DNA from: Christensenellaceae bacterium
Lineage (GTDB): Bacteria; Bacillota; Clostridia; Christensenellales; CAG-138
Assembly: GCA_963667195.1 (NCBI GenBank)
Contig: OY762962.1
Span: 1,370,591-1,434,590 of the forward strand
Length of the DNA: 64,000 nucleotides
Reading direction: 5' to 3'
A program made the position numbers and the translations under genes. Positions 40,532 through 49,688 of this stretch are shown in pieces (the first letter of the stretch is position 1; the number at the start of each line of letters is the position of its first letter). The notes under the pieces are model-generated. The model saw only the letters and a list, made by a program, of their open reading frames with translations, made no database searches and was not told the origin of the DNA.

Positions 40532-41812
40532 ATGCTGGACATCAAGCTCATTCGCACGCAGCCGGAGCTGGTAAAAGAGAACATCAAGAAGAAGTTTCAG
40601 TTTGACAAGCTCGTGCTTGTGGACGAAGTGGTGGCGCTGGACGCAGAGTATCGCGAGGCGCGCACCCGCGCGGACAACCTGCGCGCGCAGAGAAACTCGA
40701 TTTCTAAATCCATCGGCTCCATGATGGCAAAAGGCCAGAAGGAAGAAGCCGAAGCCGCCAAGAAGCAGGTCAACGACATGGCGGACGAGATGGCGCGTCT
40801 GGAAGTTCGCGAGACCGAGTTGACCGCGGAAATCCGCAAGCGCATGCTCGTGATTCCGAACATCATCGACGAAAGTGTGCCGATCGGCAAGGACGACTCC
40901 GAGAATGTGGAGATTGAGCGCTTCGGTGAGCCTTTCGTACCGGAGTTTGAGATTCCCTACCATGTGGAGATCATGGAGAAGTTCAAGGGCATCGACTTAG
41001 ACGCCGCCAGAAAGACCAGCGGTAACGGGTTTTACTACCTCTGCGGCGATATCGCGCTGCTGCAATCCGCCATCCTCGCCTACGCGCGGGATTTCATGGT
41101 GGATCGCGGCTTTACCTATTACATTCCTCCGTTCATGATCCGCAGCGGCGTGGTGGACGGCGTGATGAGCTTTAGCGAGATGGAAGGCATGATGTACAAG
41201 ATCGAGGGAGAGGACCTCTACCTGATCGGCACCAGCGAACACTCGATGATTGGCAAGTTCATCGACACGTTCCTCGAAGAGAGCGAGCTGCCGCAGACGC
41301 TGACCAGCTACTCGCCGTGCTTCCGCAAGGAAGTCGGCGCGCACGGCATCGAAGAGCGCGGCGTTTACCGCATCCATCAGTTTGAAAAGCAGGAGATGAT
41401 CGTCGTCTGCAAACCCGAGGAGAGCATGACGTGGTTTAACACGCTGCTCAAGAACACGATCGATTTCTTCCGCACGCTGGATATCCCCGTGCGCTCGCTG
41501 GAGTGCTGCTCCGGCGACCTCGCCGACCTCAAGGTCAAGAGCATGGACGTCGAAGCGTGGTCTCCGCGCCAGAAGAAGTATTTCGAGGTGGGCAGCTGCT
41601 CGAATCTCGGCGATGCGCAGGCGCGCCGTCTCGGCATCCGCGTGAAGAACAAGGAGACGGGCAACTACTTCCCGCATACGCTCAATAACACGGTGGTGGC
41701 GCCTCCGCGCATGCTGATCGCGTTCCTCGAAAACAATCTCCGCGCGGACGGCAGCATCGCGATTCCCGCGGCGCTGAGACCGTATTTCCGGAATAAGACG
41801 GAGATTCGGTAA
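40532..41812 (+). CDS. serS: serine--tRNA ligase
   Basis: MLDIKLIR.. begins the N-terminal coiled coil. Class II core motifs are ..YRIHQFEKQEM.. and ..SCSNLGDAQARRL.. It lies only 40 nt after argS. Confidence 0.96.
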   Translation: MLDIKLIRTQPELVKENIKKKFQFDKLVLVDEVVALDAEYREARTRADNLRAQRNSISKSIGSMMAKGQKEEAEAAKKQVNDMADEMARLEVRETELTAEIRKRMLVIPNIIDESVPIGKDDSENVEIERFGEPFVPEFEIPYHVEIMEKFKGIDLDAARKTSGNGFYYLCGDIALLQSAILAYARDFMVDRGFTYYIPPFMIRSGVVDGVMSFSEMEGMMYKIEGEDLYLIGTSEHSMIGKFIDTFLEESELPQTLTSYSPCFRKEVGAHGIEERGVYRIHQFEKQEMIVVCKPEESMTWFNTLLKNTIDFFRTLDIPVRSLECCSGDLADLKVKSMDVEAWSPRQKKYFEVGSCSNLGDAQARRLGIRVKNKETGNYFPHTLNNTVVAPPRMLIAFLENNLRADGSIAIPAALRPYFRNKTEIR

Positions 41813-42161
41813 GGAGTTTTCTTTTCATCTTAGGCTAAAAAAAGAGAATTGAGCTATATGCCGATTCACGAAATAACAGCACTTTGTTAATGCTTAAGTT
41901 GGAAGTATTGTCAAAGTATCGATAGAGTTGTGATCGTAAGCCAAAGCAAGAAGCAATTTCCGCTAGAATTAGCAATTTAGCAAAACAACTATAGTTTGAA
42001 AAGAAGTTTGGCGGGATAGCTAGAAATCTGGATACCGTATTGGTGGGAAAAGCATCTCTTTGGCTTCGGTGAGTTAAGAAAAGCAATCAGAAAATAAGTA
42101 ATATAGTTGTGAACTATTAAAATGCAACATTGTTGCTCTTAATAGCAACAGGCAAATACAA

Positions 42162-42189
42162 TTGCTTTGAGAAATCAACGTTTTATACT
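42162..42189 (+). promoter_or_regulatory. candidate promoter of the islet gene pair
   Basis: TTGCTT, 16-nt spacer, TATACT. AGGAG SD lies before the ATG at 42219. Confidence 0.35.
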
Positions 42190-42218
42190 TAAAAATCAAA
42201 TGGTCAGGAGATATCGAA

Positions 42219-42482
42219 ATGTTACAGTTTACATGTGAAAATTGCGGATCACATGAGTATATTGAAAAAGATGGATTTAGAATATGCCAATACTGTAAAT
42301 CGAAATTCTCATTAACCGTAGCTGGTATATCAACAAAAGAATGTAGCATAGCACTTGTTGATGATATTGAAATGCTTTTGAAGAAATGTCGTGATAATCC
42401 ACAACATGCTCAACGATTTGCGAACCTAATTTTGGATATAGATCCCAGTAATAAAGAAGCCCTTAAATATTTGAGAAGATAG
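42219..42482 (+). CDS. zinc-ribbon protein with a TPR-like C-terminal helix pair
   Basis: 87 aa. CENCGSHEY..CQYCKSKF is a CxxC..CxxC ribbon. The C-terminus is ..AQRFANLILDIDPSNKEALKYL. Confidence 0.65.
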   Translation: MLQFTCENCGSHEYIEKDGFRICQYCKSKFSLTVAGISTKECSIALVDDIEMLLKKCRDNPQHAQRFANLILDIDPSNKEALKYLRR

Positions 42483-42493
42483 GTGGCTAAACT

Positions 42494-43114
42494 ATGCAAA
42501 TACCAAAAATAGCAAAGCAATATCACGTAGACGAAACGAAACTCTTTTCTTTTTTATCAAAAGAAAAGCCCAAGGGATTCAAGATAGGGTTTTGGACGGA
42601 CTATGTAGAAGATGGCGCAGATATAGATGCAATTATTGAAGCATTCAAACAATTTGAAGCGAATAAAGACACAAAAAAATCTAGTGCAGCTACAATAACT
42701 GAAGCTGAAAAGGAAAGACAAAAAGAGGCTGAGGACTTAAAAAGAAAAGCTTTAGCAAGCATGTTGATCACGTCCGGATTTAATTTCGATGGATATAAGA
42801 TCACAAAATATTCTGGCTACATTTCTGGGGATGACGCAATTAATGTTGATCGTGGATTTGCTGTTTTCGGAACAGGTGTAAATATCAAAGATAAGCTCAT
42901 GGAATCACTAGTTACAATTCGGCGAAATGCTTTAGCGGAATTAAAAGAATCTGCCTATGCACTTGGATGCAACGCTGTTATTGGTGTGGATTTTGACTAT
43001 TTAACTTTGGATCCGCAAACGGCGAATATTAGAGGCGGCACTACATATCAACCATACGTATTTGGTGTTACAGCTAATGGCAATGCTGTTATAATAGAAA
43101 AAATAACCGAGTAG
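42494..43114 (+). CDS. YbjQ (DUF74/UPF0145)-domain protein with a unique N-terminal domain and coiled-coil linker
   Basis: 206 aa. The C-terminal ~105 aa (MLITSGFNFDGYKITKYSGYISGDD..ALAELKESAYALGCNAVIGVDFDY..) match my memory of YbjQ-family proteins. The gene starts 11 nt after the upstream gene. Confidence 0.7.
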   Translation: MQIPKIAKQYHVDETKLFSFLSKEKPKGFKIGFWTDYVEDGADIDAIIEAFKQFEANKDTKKSSAATITEAEKERQKEAEDLKRKALASMLITSGFNFDGYKITKYSGYISGDDAINVDRGFAVFGTGVNIKDKLMESLVTIRRNALAELKESAYALGCNAVIGVDFDYLTLDPQTANIRGGTTYQPYVFGVTANGNAVIIEKITE

Positions 43115-43184
43115 TTTAGAATTTAAACCACTATGAAATGAATATCACTGATAACAGGTGTTTGGGTAACCGAATAGTAGTGCT

Positions 43185-43215
43185 AGGAACTACTCCCGCA
43201 GTTCCTTTTGTGTTT
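43185..43215 (+). terminator. terminator of the islet pair
   Basis: AGGAACT-ACTCCCGC-AGTTCCT followed by TTTGTGTTT. It lies between convergent genes. Confidence 0.6.
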
Positions 43216-43227
43216 CTTGCGTGCAAA

Positions 43228-44160
43228 TCAATCTTTGTACAACGCAGCTATCGCTTCCGCTCTTTGCTTCATCTCAGCGCGGACGTGCGGAGGCTCGATG
43301 CATTCGCACTTGTCGCCGAAGCCGAGCAGGATGCTGTAATAATAGTCGTTTTCGATGAGCGGGTAGCGGACGCTATAATGATCGGCGCCGTCCGGTGTGA
43401 TGTCCTCGCTGGCGATGTAGTCCAGTACCCGCTCCAGAATGGATTTGTGGATGCGGATGGTGATGGTGATTTGCCGAGTGGCGGCAGCGTCCGGAAAGTC
43501 CAGCTGCGGTTTCGGGTGCTCGCGCGGGACAAAGGTTTCCGCAAGCAGCTGCAAATTCGACATGCGGGAGAGCTTGAATAGGCGAAAATCGTTTCTGGTG
43601 TAACAGTACCCCTGCCAGTACCACTGGCTATTCTTCAGCACAAGCCGATACGGCTCGGCTGTTCGCGCGGTCTTGGTTCCATCGTGATTCAGGTATTCAA
43701 ACGAGAGCAGCCGGTTCTCCAGCAAGGCTGTCTGGATGCGCTCCAGATTCGACTGCACATTTCGGTTGACCGTCCAAGGGCTCAGATCGATCAGCACCTG
43801 GCTGCTGCGAAGCTCGATGTCCTTCGCCTGACCCGCGGGAATAAAGCTCCTGACCTTCGCGAGCGCGTTGGCCAACTCGTCTCCGCGCATCATACCGGAG
43901 ATACTGGAAAGCCCCATCAGGATCGCGGAGAGGTCGGCGGTCGAAAACACCTTGCGGTCGAGCTTGAATTGCGGCATAATCTCAAACCCGCCGTTCACGC
44001 CGGGTGTCGAGCGAACGGGAATACCCGCGAGATTGATGGCATCGATGTCGCGATAGATCGTGCGCGGGGACACCTCGAACTGCTCTGCGAGTTCATACGC
44101 TCTGATGCGCTCTTTTTCCAGCAGGATCAATATGATGCTGACGAGCCTGTCGATCTTCAT
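43228..44160 (-). CDS. WYL-domain transcriptional regulator (HTH + WYL, YafY-like)
   Basis: The N-terminal HTH is MKIDRLVSIILILLEKERIRAYELAEQFEVSPRTIYRDIDAI. The WYL region is ..PYRLVLKNSQWYWQGYCYTRNDFRLFKLSRM. Confidence 0.9.
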   Translation of the reverse strand: MKIDRLVSIILILLEKERIRAYELAEQFEVSPRTIYRDIDAINLAGIPVRSTPGVNGGFEIMPQFKLDRKVFSTADLSAILMGLSSISGMMRGDELANALAKVRSFIPAGQAKDIELRSSQVLIDLSPWTVNRNVQSNLERIQTALLENRLLSFEYLNHDGTKTARTAEPYRLVLKNSQWYWQGYCYTRNDFRLFKLSRMSNLQLLAETFVPREHPKPQLDFPDAAATRQITITIRIHKSILERVLDYIASEDITPDGADHYSVRYPLIENDYYYSILLGFGDKCECIEPPHVRAEMKQRAEAIAALYKD

Positions 44161-44273
44161 GCGTCCGCCTCCCCGCGACTTTTTCTATATTGTAGCACGA
44201 ATTGTTGCCACAAGGCTGTCAACAATAGCGCGTTATAATCGAGACAAAGCGAAACGAAGTGTGAGGAAGCAGC

Positions 44274-44762
44274 ATGCAGAAGAAAGCGTTGGTCGTGATT
44301 GACCTTCAAAACGACATCACGAAAAACTACAGGGAGATCATTGAAAACGTGAATCGCGCGATCGCTTGGGCGACAGCGCACGACATCCACGTCGTGTATA
44401 TCCGCCACGAGAACTTGTCCGAAGGCACGCGGACGTTCAAACCCAACACGCGCGGATTCGAGCTGGTTCCGGAACTCAATATCATGTCCGGCAACATCTT
44501 CACCAAGAGCAAGGGAAACGCGCTGACCAGCGAAGCATTTGCCGAATTTATCCGCGCAAACGGGATCACGGAGTTCTATCTTGCGGGCGCGGACGCCACC
44601 GCCTGCGTGAAGGCGACGAGCTACAACATGCGCCTGAGCCAATATACCGTGCATGTGCTGAAGGACTGCATCACGAGCTACGACAAGCGCAAGATCGACG
44701 AAATGCTGCGCTATTACGAGAGCAGGGGCTGCGAAATCCTCTCGCTGAACGATCTCGCGTGA
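44274..44762 (+). CDS. isochorismatase-family cysteine hydrolase
   Basis: ALVVIDLQND (Asp), ..TKSKGNA (Lys) and ..GADATACV (Cys) give the triad layout. The gene is divergent from the WYL gene. Confidence 0.88.
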   Translation: MQKKALVVIDLQNDITKNYREIIENVNRAIAWATAHDIHVVYIRHENLSEGTRTFKPNTRGFELVPELNIMSGNIFTKSKGNALTSEAFAEFIRANGITEFYLAGADATACVKATSYNMRLSQYTVHVLKDCITSYDKRKIDEMLRYYESRGCEILSLNDLA

Positions 44763-44822
44763 TGCGAGTGTATAAAAAAAGGAACCGCATGAGCGGTTCC
44801 TTTTTGAGTGACGTTCGTGAGA

Positions 44823-45746
44823 TTAGCCCGCGGGTTGCTCCGTTGCGGTATCGGTGGTCGTGGTGCCGGCTGCTTCGTCAAGCTTCGCCTGTGCGCCGCC
44901 CGCGCAGACATCGCACGGGTCCCAGCGGTTCGCTGCAAACGCGTCGTCCAGCGTGCCCGCAAAGAGTGTGCCGCCTTCGGCTGCCGGCGTCTTGTCCTTG
45001 ATGTACGGGCAATTGCGGTCAAAGTGGTAGCTCTGGCCAAACTTCGTCCAGTAGACCTCGCCGACGGCTTCCGCCTGCGCTTCCTGCTGCATCTGCTGCA
45101 CCTGCGCTTCACTCGGCTGGTGATAGTCCACCGAGGCCGCGCCCGCGCCGACGAACAGCGCCGCGAGGAGGGCAAGCAGGATGGTCTTGGTCTTCTTATT
45201 GAGCTTGTCGGACTTCGCGAGCAGGAAGATGCCGATCGGCAGGAAGCAGATCAGCACCATGATCACGCCAAGCTGGTGCCAGAGCGTACGCACGAGCTTG
45301 CTGTCCGAAAGATTCGGGCGGATGTGGTTTGCCTTTTTCCAAAGCTGCGCCGCGATGATGCAGAAGATCGCGTCGAGAATCAGCGCGCCGACGAGAAGCT
45401 GCATTTCAATATCCGCAAACGTCAGCGCATGATTACGCATAGCATAGCTAAACGCGAAGAACGCGCCGACTTCCGCGGCAAGCGCGAGCACCCAAAGGAT
45501 GATGGCGCCGATGCGCAAACCCTTGACGGAACCCTTGCCGCCGGAAGCGGGGGCTTCCTCGACTGTGTCGTTCTTGTTGCCCAGCACTTCCTCAATCGTT
45601 TCCGGCTGTGCGGGCGCCTTTTTCGGCGCGGCCTTGGCGGGGGCGGACTTGCTGGCAGGTGCTTTTGACTGCGCTGCCTTTTTCGCGGCTGCGGCGCGTT
45701 TTGCGGCTTCCGCCTTTGCCGCGTCGGACACAGGTTTCTTCTCCAT
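44823..45746 (-). CDS. hypothetical membrane protein (Ala/Lys-rich N-terminus, 4 TM, Cys-motif C-terminal domain)
   Basis: 307 aa with a GGAGG SD. The N-terminus is AAKAEAAKRAAAAKKAAQSKAPASKSAPAKAAPKKAP. Four hydrophobic helices follow. The C-terminus is ..WTKFGQSYHFDRNCPYI..WDPCDVC. Confidence 0.65.
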   Translation of the reverse strand: MEKKPVSDAAKAEAAKRAAAAKKAAQSKAPASKSAPAKAAPKKAPAQPETIEEVLGNKNDTVEEAPASGGKGSVKGLRIGAIILWVLALAAEVGAFFAFSYAMRNHALTFADIEMQLLVGALILDAIFCIIAAQLWKKANHIRPNLSDSKLVRTLWHQLGVIMVLICFLPIGIFLLAKSDKLNKKTKTILLALLAALFVGAGAASVDYHQPSEAQVQQMQQEAQAEAVGEVYWTKFGQSYHFDRNCPYIKDKTPAAEGGTLFAGTLDDAFAANRWDPCDVCAGGAQAKLDEAAGTTTTDTATEQPAG

Positions 45747-45970
45747 AGACTACCTCCACGATTCAAACTAGTAATTGATTACAGTATAACAATAACAAAA
45801 ATCGTTTGCAAGAACTCCACAAACACCAAAGCAGAATCTCTGGCGCAAGCGTATCGCGACTGCTATAATAGTAACGCACCGCACGCAAAGTCCAATTTCA
45901 CGTGGATGATCTTGCATAGCTGTGCGCACATATTTTTAGGACAGATCGATAGTAGGAGCGAAACCACCAT

Positions 45971-47152
45971 ATGTTGAATTTTGAATTTTACTCTCCGACG
46001 CGCCTTGTTGTAGGCAAGGGAACGGCGGATCAAATCGGCGCCCAGATTGCGCCGCTGGCGAAGAAGGTGCTCGTGCACTACGGCAGCGACCGCGTGGTCA
46101 AGGATGGCCTGCTCAAGCGCGTCACCGACTCGCTGAGCGCCGCAGGAGTATCGTATGTGACCCTCGGCGGCGTGATTCCGAATCCGGACGTCGAGCTGGT
46201 ACGCGCGGGCATCAAGCTTGCGAAAGCGGAGAATGTCGAGCTTGTGCTCTGCATCGGCGGCGGCTCGGTCATCGATTCCGGCAAGGGCATCGCGCTGGGA
46301 CTCAAAAACCCCGACCTCGATATCTGGGACGTGTATGAAAAACAGCTGGAAACCAAGGGCTCATACCCCGTTGCGTGCCTGTTGACCTTCCCCGCCGCGG
46401 GATCGGAGGCCAGCAACAGCACGGTGTTGAGCAACTACACGAAGCAGAAAAAATGCGGCTATAACCGCGAATGGAATCGTCCCGTTGTCTCCGTGATCGA
46501 TCCCACGCTGTTTGAGAGCATTCCGAAGTTTCAGATTGCGGCTGGCGTTGCGGACATGATGAGCCACATCTTCGAGCGGTATTTTTCGAACACCGAGCAC
46601 ACGGAGCTTTCGGACGCGCTGAGCGAGGCGACGCTGAGAACCCTGCTCACGTTCGGCGAAAAGGTGGTCAAAGACCCGACGGACTATGATTCTTGGTGCC
46701 AGGTTGCGCTCTCCGGCACGATTGCGCACAACAATATGCTTGGCGTAGGCCGTGAGCAGGACTGGGCCTGCCACAAGCTCGACCACGAGCTGACCGCGCG
46801 CTTCGGCGTGACGCACGGCGCGGGTCTTGCGGTGCTCACGCCCGCTTGGATGCGCTATGTCTGGCGCGTGAATCCCAAGCGCTTCTACGATTTCGCCGTG
46901 CGCATCATGGGGCAGGAGGATCAGCCCAAGGCGGTTGCGGCGACGATCGAGAGCGGCGTTTCCGCGCTGGAGACGTTCTACTCGCGGCTGGGGCTGCCCA
47001 GCAGGCTCGTCAAGCTCGGCGTCGATCCCGCGCAGATTGCGGACATGGCGCGGGTGGTCACACACGCGCCGGACGGTACCGATCGTCCCGTCGGGGGCTT
47101 GAAGAAGATCTACGAGGCTGACGCGAAAGCGATCTACGAAAAAGCGATTTAA
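45971..47152 (+). CDS. iron-containing alcohol dehydrogenase (butanol dehydrogenase/YqhD-like)
   Basis: MLNFEFYSPTRLVVGKG..CIGGGSVIDSGK..H..H metal motifs. Confidence 0.9.
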   Translation: MLNFEFYSPTRLVVGKGTADQIGAQIAPLAKKVLVHYGSDRVVKDGLLKRVTDSLSAAGVSYVTLGGVIPNPDVELVRAGIKLAKAENVELVLCIGGGSVIDSGKGIALGLKNPDLDIWDVYEKQLETKGSYPVACLLTFPAAGSEASNSTVLSNYTKQKKCGYNREWNRPVVSVIDPTLFESIPKFQIAAGVADMMSHIFERYFSNTEHTELSDALSEATLRTLLTFGEKVVKDPTDYDSWCQVALSGTIAHNNMLGVGREQDWACHKLDHELTARFGVTHGAGLAVLTPAWMRYVWRVNPKRFYDFAVRIMGQEDQPKAVAATIESGVSALETFYSRLGLPSRLVKLGVDPAQIADMARVVTHAPDGTDRPVGGLKKIYEADAKAIYEKAI

Positions 47153-47162
47153 TCCAAAACAC

Positions 47163-47190
47163 AAAAGAGAGGCTTTCGCCTCTCTTTTTT
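47163..47190. terminator. bidirectional terminator between convergent adh and pepV
   Basis: AAAAGAGAGGC-TTTC-GCCTCTCTTTT, with A and T runs on either side. Confidence 0.75.
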
Positions 47191-47203
47191 ACGTGAAATC
47201 CGA

Positions 47204-48541
47204 TTATTTCCCCGCCAGACGCTTGATCGCCTCGGCGATGAGCTTCGTGTCGAAGCGGACGCTCTCGACCGGGCAGGATTCGTCCGGCATGTGCGCCTGC
47301 GCGGCTTCGCCTTCCGGCTCCACGCCGAACGCGACCGCGTTGTCAAACGAACGAGCATACGTGCCGCCGCCGATGGAGAGCGGCTTTGCCTTCTTGCCGG
47401 TGGCCTCGCTGTAGATATCCAGAAGCGTGTTCACCAGCTCGCAGTTGGGATCGATATAGTGTCCCTTGGAGATCTTTTCGTGAACGCGGGTAAAGCCGAT
47501 CTGCGCAAACTTTTCGTCCTCCGTCGCGAGCAGTTGCTCCGGCGAAACGCTGAAGGGGAAGCGGCAGTCCAGCGTGATGGTAACGGAATCCTCCGTCCAT
47601 TCGATCATGTTGGGAGAGAGCGTCAGCCTGCCGGAATCGTCCGTGATGTCGAGGCCGAAGGCTTCGCCGTGCTGGTCAAACGCGAGCAGCGCCGCAAGAG
47701 ACGACGCGGTTGCGAGGTCTTCCGCGTTCAGCGGCTGCTCTTTCAGCGCGTCGAGCAGCGCCAGAAGTGCGTTCTGCGCGTCCTGCGGGGTGGAGGCGTG
47801 GCCTGCGCGGCCGACCGCGCGGAGATCGCCTTCGTCGTTGCCACTCAGCAGCATGCCGTGCTTGGCTTCCACGGGTTCGGGCGTGAATGGCAGATATGCC
47901 ACCGCCTCGCCGGGGATGACGTTCGGCGCGGTGCCGCAGGAGATGCGAACCTCGCTGCCCGTGAGTTTCTTCGTATACGTGGTCTGTCCGATGTTCTTTT
48001 CGGAGTTGATGACCGGATACTGCCCGTCCGGCGTGAAGGCCAGCGTGGGGTTCGGTTCGGTCTTCTTATAGCGATCGACGCAGCTCCAGCCGCGCTCTTC
48101 GTCGCAGCCGAGGAAGATGCGCACGCGGCGCTTGAGCGGAATGCCCGCCTCTTTGATCGCGCGGAGGGCGTAGAGCGAGGAGATCGCGGGGCCTTTGTCG
48201 TCCATCACGCCGCGACCGATCAGGCGGCCGTCCTTCTGCGTGAGGGTAAAGGGATCGCTTGTCCAGCCGTTGCCGGTAGGCACGACGTCCAGATGCGCCA
48301 TGATCATGAGCATCTCGTCGCCTTCGCCGTAGTCGATCACGCCGCAGTAGCCGTCGAGCGAGCGGGCGGAAAAGCCCATTTCCCGCGCAAGATCGAGGGT
48401 ATAGGTCAGCGCGTTGTGGATATGCCGTCCAAGCGGCATGCCCTCTTCCGGCTCGCCCTGGGAAACGCTCGGAAACGAAATGAGCTTGCCGAGCGAGGAA
48501 AGCTGCTCTTCAAAGTGCTGGTCGATCAGAGATTTATACAT
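47204..48541 (-). CDS. pepV: M20-family dipeptidase (PepV/Sapep-like)
   Basis: GGAGG SD before the internal ATG (MYKSLIDQHFEEQLSSLGKLISFPSVS..). AHLDVVP, GRGVMDDKGP and CDEE motifs are present. Confidence 0.88.
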   Translation of the reverse strand: MYKSLIDQHFEEQLSSLGKLISFPSVSQGEPEEGMPLGRHIHNALTYTLDLAREMGFSARSLDGYCGVIDYGEGDEMLMIMAHLDVVPTGNGWTSDPFTLTQKDGRLIGRGVMDDKGPAISSLYALRAIKEAGIPLKRRVRIFLGCDEERGWSCVDRYKKTEPNPTLAFTPDGQYPVINSEKNIGQTTYTKKLTGSEVRISCGTAPNVIPGEAVAYLPFTPEPVEAKHGMLLSGNDEGDLRAVGRAGHASTPQDAQNALLALLDALKEQPLNAEDLATASSLAALLAFDQHGEAFGLDITDDSGRLTLSPNMIEWTEDSVTITLDCRFPFSVSPEQLLATEDEKFAQIGFTRVHEKISKGHYIDPNCELVNTLLDIYSEATGKKAKPLSIGGGTYARSFDNAVAFGVEPEGEAAQAHMPDESCPVESVRFDTKLIAEAIKRLAGK

Positions 48542-48649
48542 CTTTTGCCTCCATATACATGCGCAGGTCTGCGCGAATACGCTGCCATTATCATACCCAT
48601 CAGGCGAAAAAAAAGCAAGCCGAGGCAAGCCAACGTGGGTGAGTCAGGG

Positions 48650-49645
48650 TCAGTATTATCCTTGTTTTGATAAATAACTATTCGATATGATCATGCTTTT
48701 GCAAGTTGCATCGAGCACACAATAATTGAATATTCGCAGCCGTTGTAGATGATCCTCCCTTAGAGAAAGGAATAATGTGATCGTAATGCAGGTTGGTTTC
48801 TGATCCACATTTTACACATTTTCCTTTATCTCGCTGCCAAACTTCAACTTTGACATTTGTTGGTATTAGTCGATTGTGTTCGAGTTCAATTTCTTTCGGT
48901 TCGATGGTAGCGCTGCTGGAAGCCTTTTCTTCCAACATCTCCAATTTGAACTTAAAGACTTTTCGGTTTCCAGAGCGTTCAATCCAAGCGTCCGTAAGCA
49001 CAAAGAATCCATTAGCAACCCAAATGCCAGCTTTGATTTTCTCATAGACCTTGATGATCTTCGGTGTCTTACCTTGGGTAAACCCTTTTGCCGCCTGATA
49101 AAACTTACCGTTTTCAGTTAGTCCACCCGAGGGCGTGAACATTGGTTGATCAAGGTCTTTTGGATTACGTCCACCACTTATATAGTTCGATTGTATATCG
49201 TGGCCTTCATAAATAATGGTCGTACCACTATCTTCGAAGCGATCAGCATAAGGTGCATTATTTCTCACACTCATTAGAATGATGCCGTAGTCACGACCGT
49301 TGATACTGAAGTTCATACCACGCTGGATAGAAAACCCTTCTGCGATGGTTATATCCACATAACGAATTACATCACCGCGCTTCATTGTTTGTTCGCTCAT
49401 ATTGGCTCCTTGCTTTAGAATTTTACTCGTACTCAAGCGTTTACTCATCACCGAAATCTATTTTTAACTGTCAAACGGATTTAAGTCGACAACTCAATTA
49501 GTGATAGCGGATGGTGATTTGTAGCTTGTCATAGTAATTCATATAAAAAATAAACTAAGTAGATTTTATTCTTGTTACTACCACTGTGTCAATTGAATGA
49601 ATCGTTACAACTAGTAATATCAAGCTGCACACCTTTACACACAGG
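48650..49645. other. second AT-rich islet carrying the SRA-like/HNH gene
   Basis: Hand counts of two 60-nt lines give 43% and 37% G+C (lines 48901 and 49141) versus about 60-65% in the flanks. Confidence 0.6.
48678..49400 (-). CDS. PUA/SRA-like domain fused to an HNH nuclease (putative Type IV modification-dependent restriction endonuclease)
   Basis: AAGGAG SD 6 nt before the internal ATG (MSEQTMKRGD..). The N-terminal ~170 aa have an SRA/YDG-like pattern (ILMSV..YADRFEDSGTTIIYEGHD..DQPM..IIKVYEK..IWVANGFFVLTDAW..RKVFKFKLE). The C-terminal HNH is CVKCGSETNLHYDHIIPFSKGG..NIQLLCARCNLQKHD. Confidence 0.78.
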   Translation of the reverse strand: MSEQTMKRGDVIRYVDITIAEGFSIQRGMNFSINGRDYGIILMSVRNNAPYADRFEDSGTTIIYEGHDIQSNYISGGRNPKDLDQPMFTPSGGLTENGKFYQAAKGFTQGKTPKIIKVYEKIKAGIWVANGFFVLTDAWIERSGNRKVFKFKLEMLEEKASSSATIEPKEIELEHNRLIPTNVKVEVWQRDKGKCVKCGSETNLHYDHIIPFSKGGSSTTAANIQLLCARCNLQKHDHIE

Positions 49646-49688
49646 TTTGCGGTTGACTTTACCGCGCGGGATTGCTACGCTGATTTGC

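Larger units (their letters stand above)
41813..43227. other. AT-rich islet between serS and the WYL regulator gene (putative horizontally acquired)
   Basis: Hand counts of single 60-nt lines give 27% and 35% G+C inside (lines 42181 and 42601) versus 65% in the serS 3' end (line 41701). Confidence 0.7.

Noticed and set aside
41835-42349. Minus-strand ORFs 41835-42086 and 42074-42349 in the AT-rich islet.
   Set aside because: Their sequence is low-complexity and Phe/Leu/Ser/Asn-rich, as expected from random AT-rich DNA. The second overlaps the better-supported plus-strand zinc-ribbon gene.
43138-43581. Plus-strand ORF of 147 aa overlapping the WYL gene 3' end, and the similar 43684-44238 ORF.
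   Set aside because: Both are antisense to a well-supported HTH-WYL gene and have no motifs.
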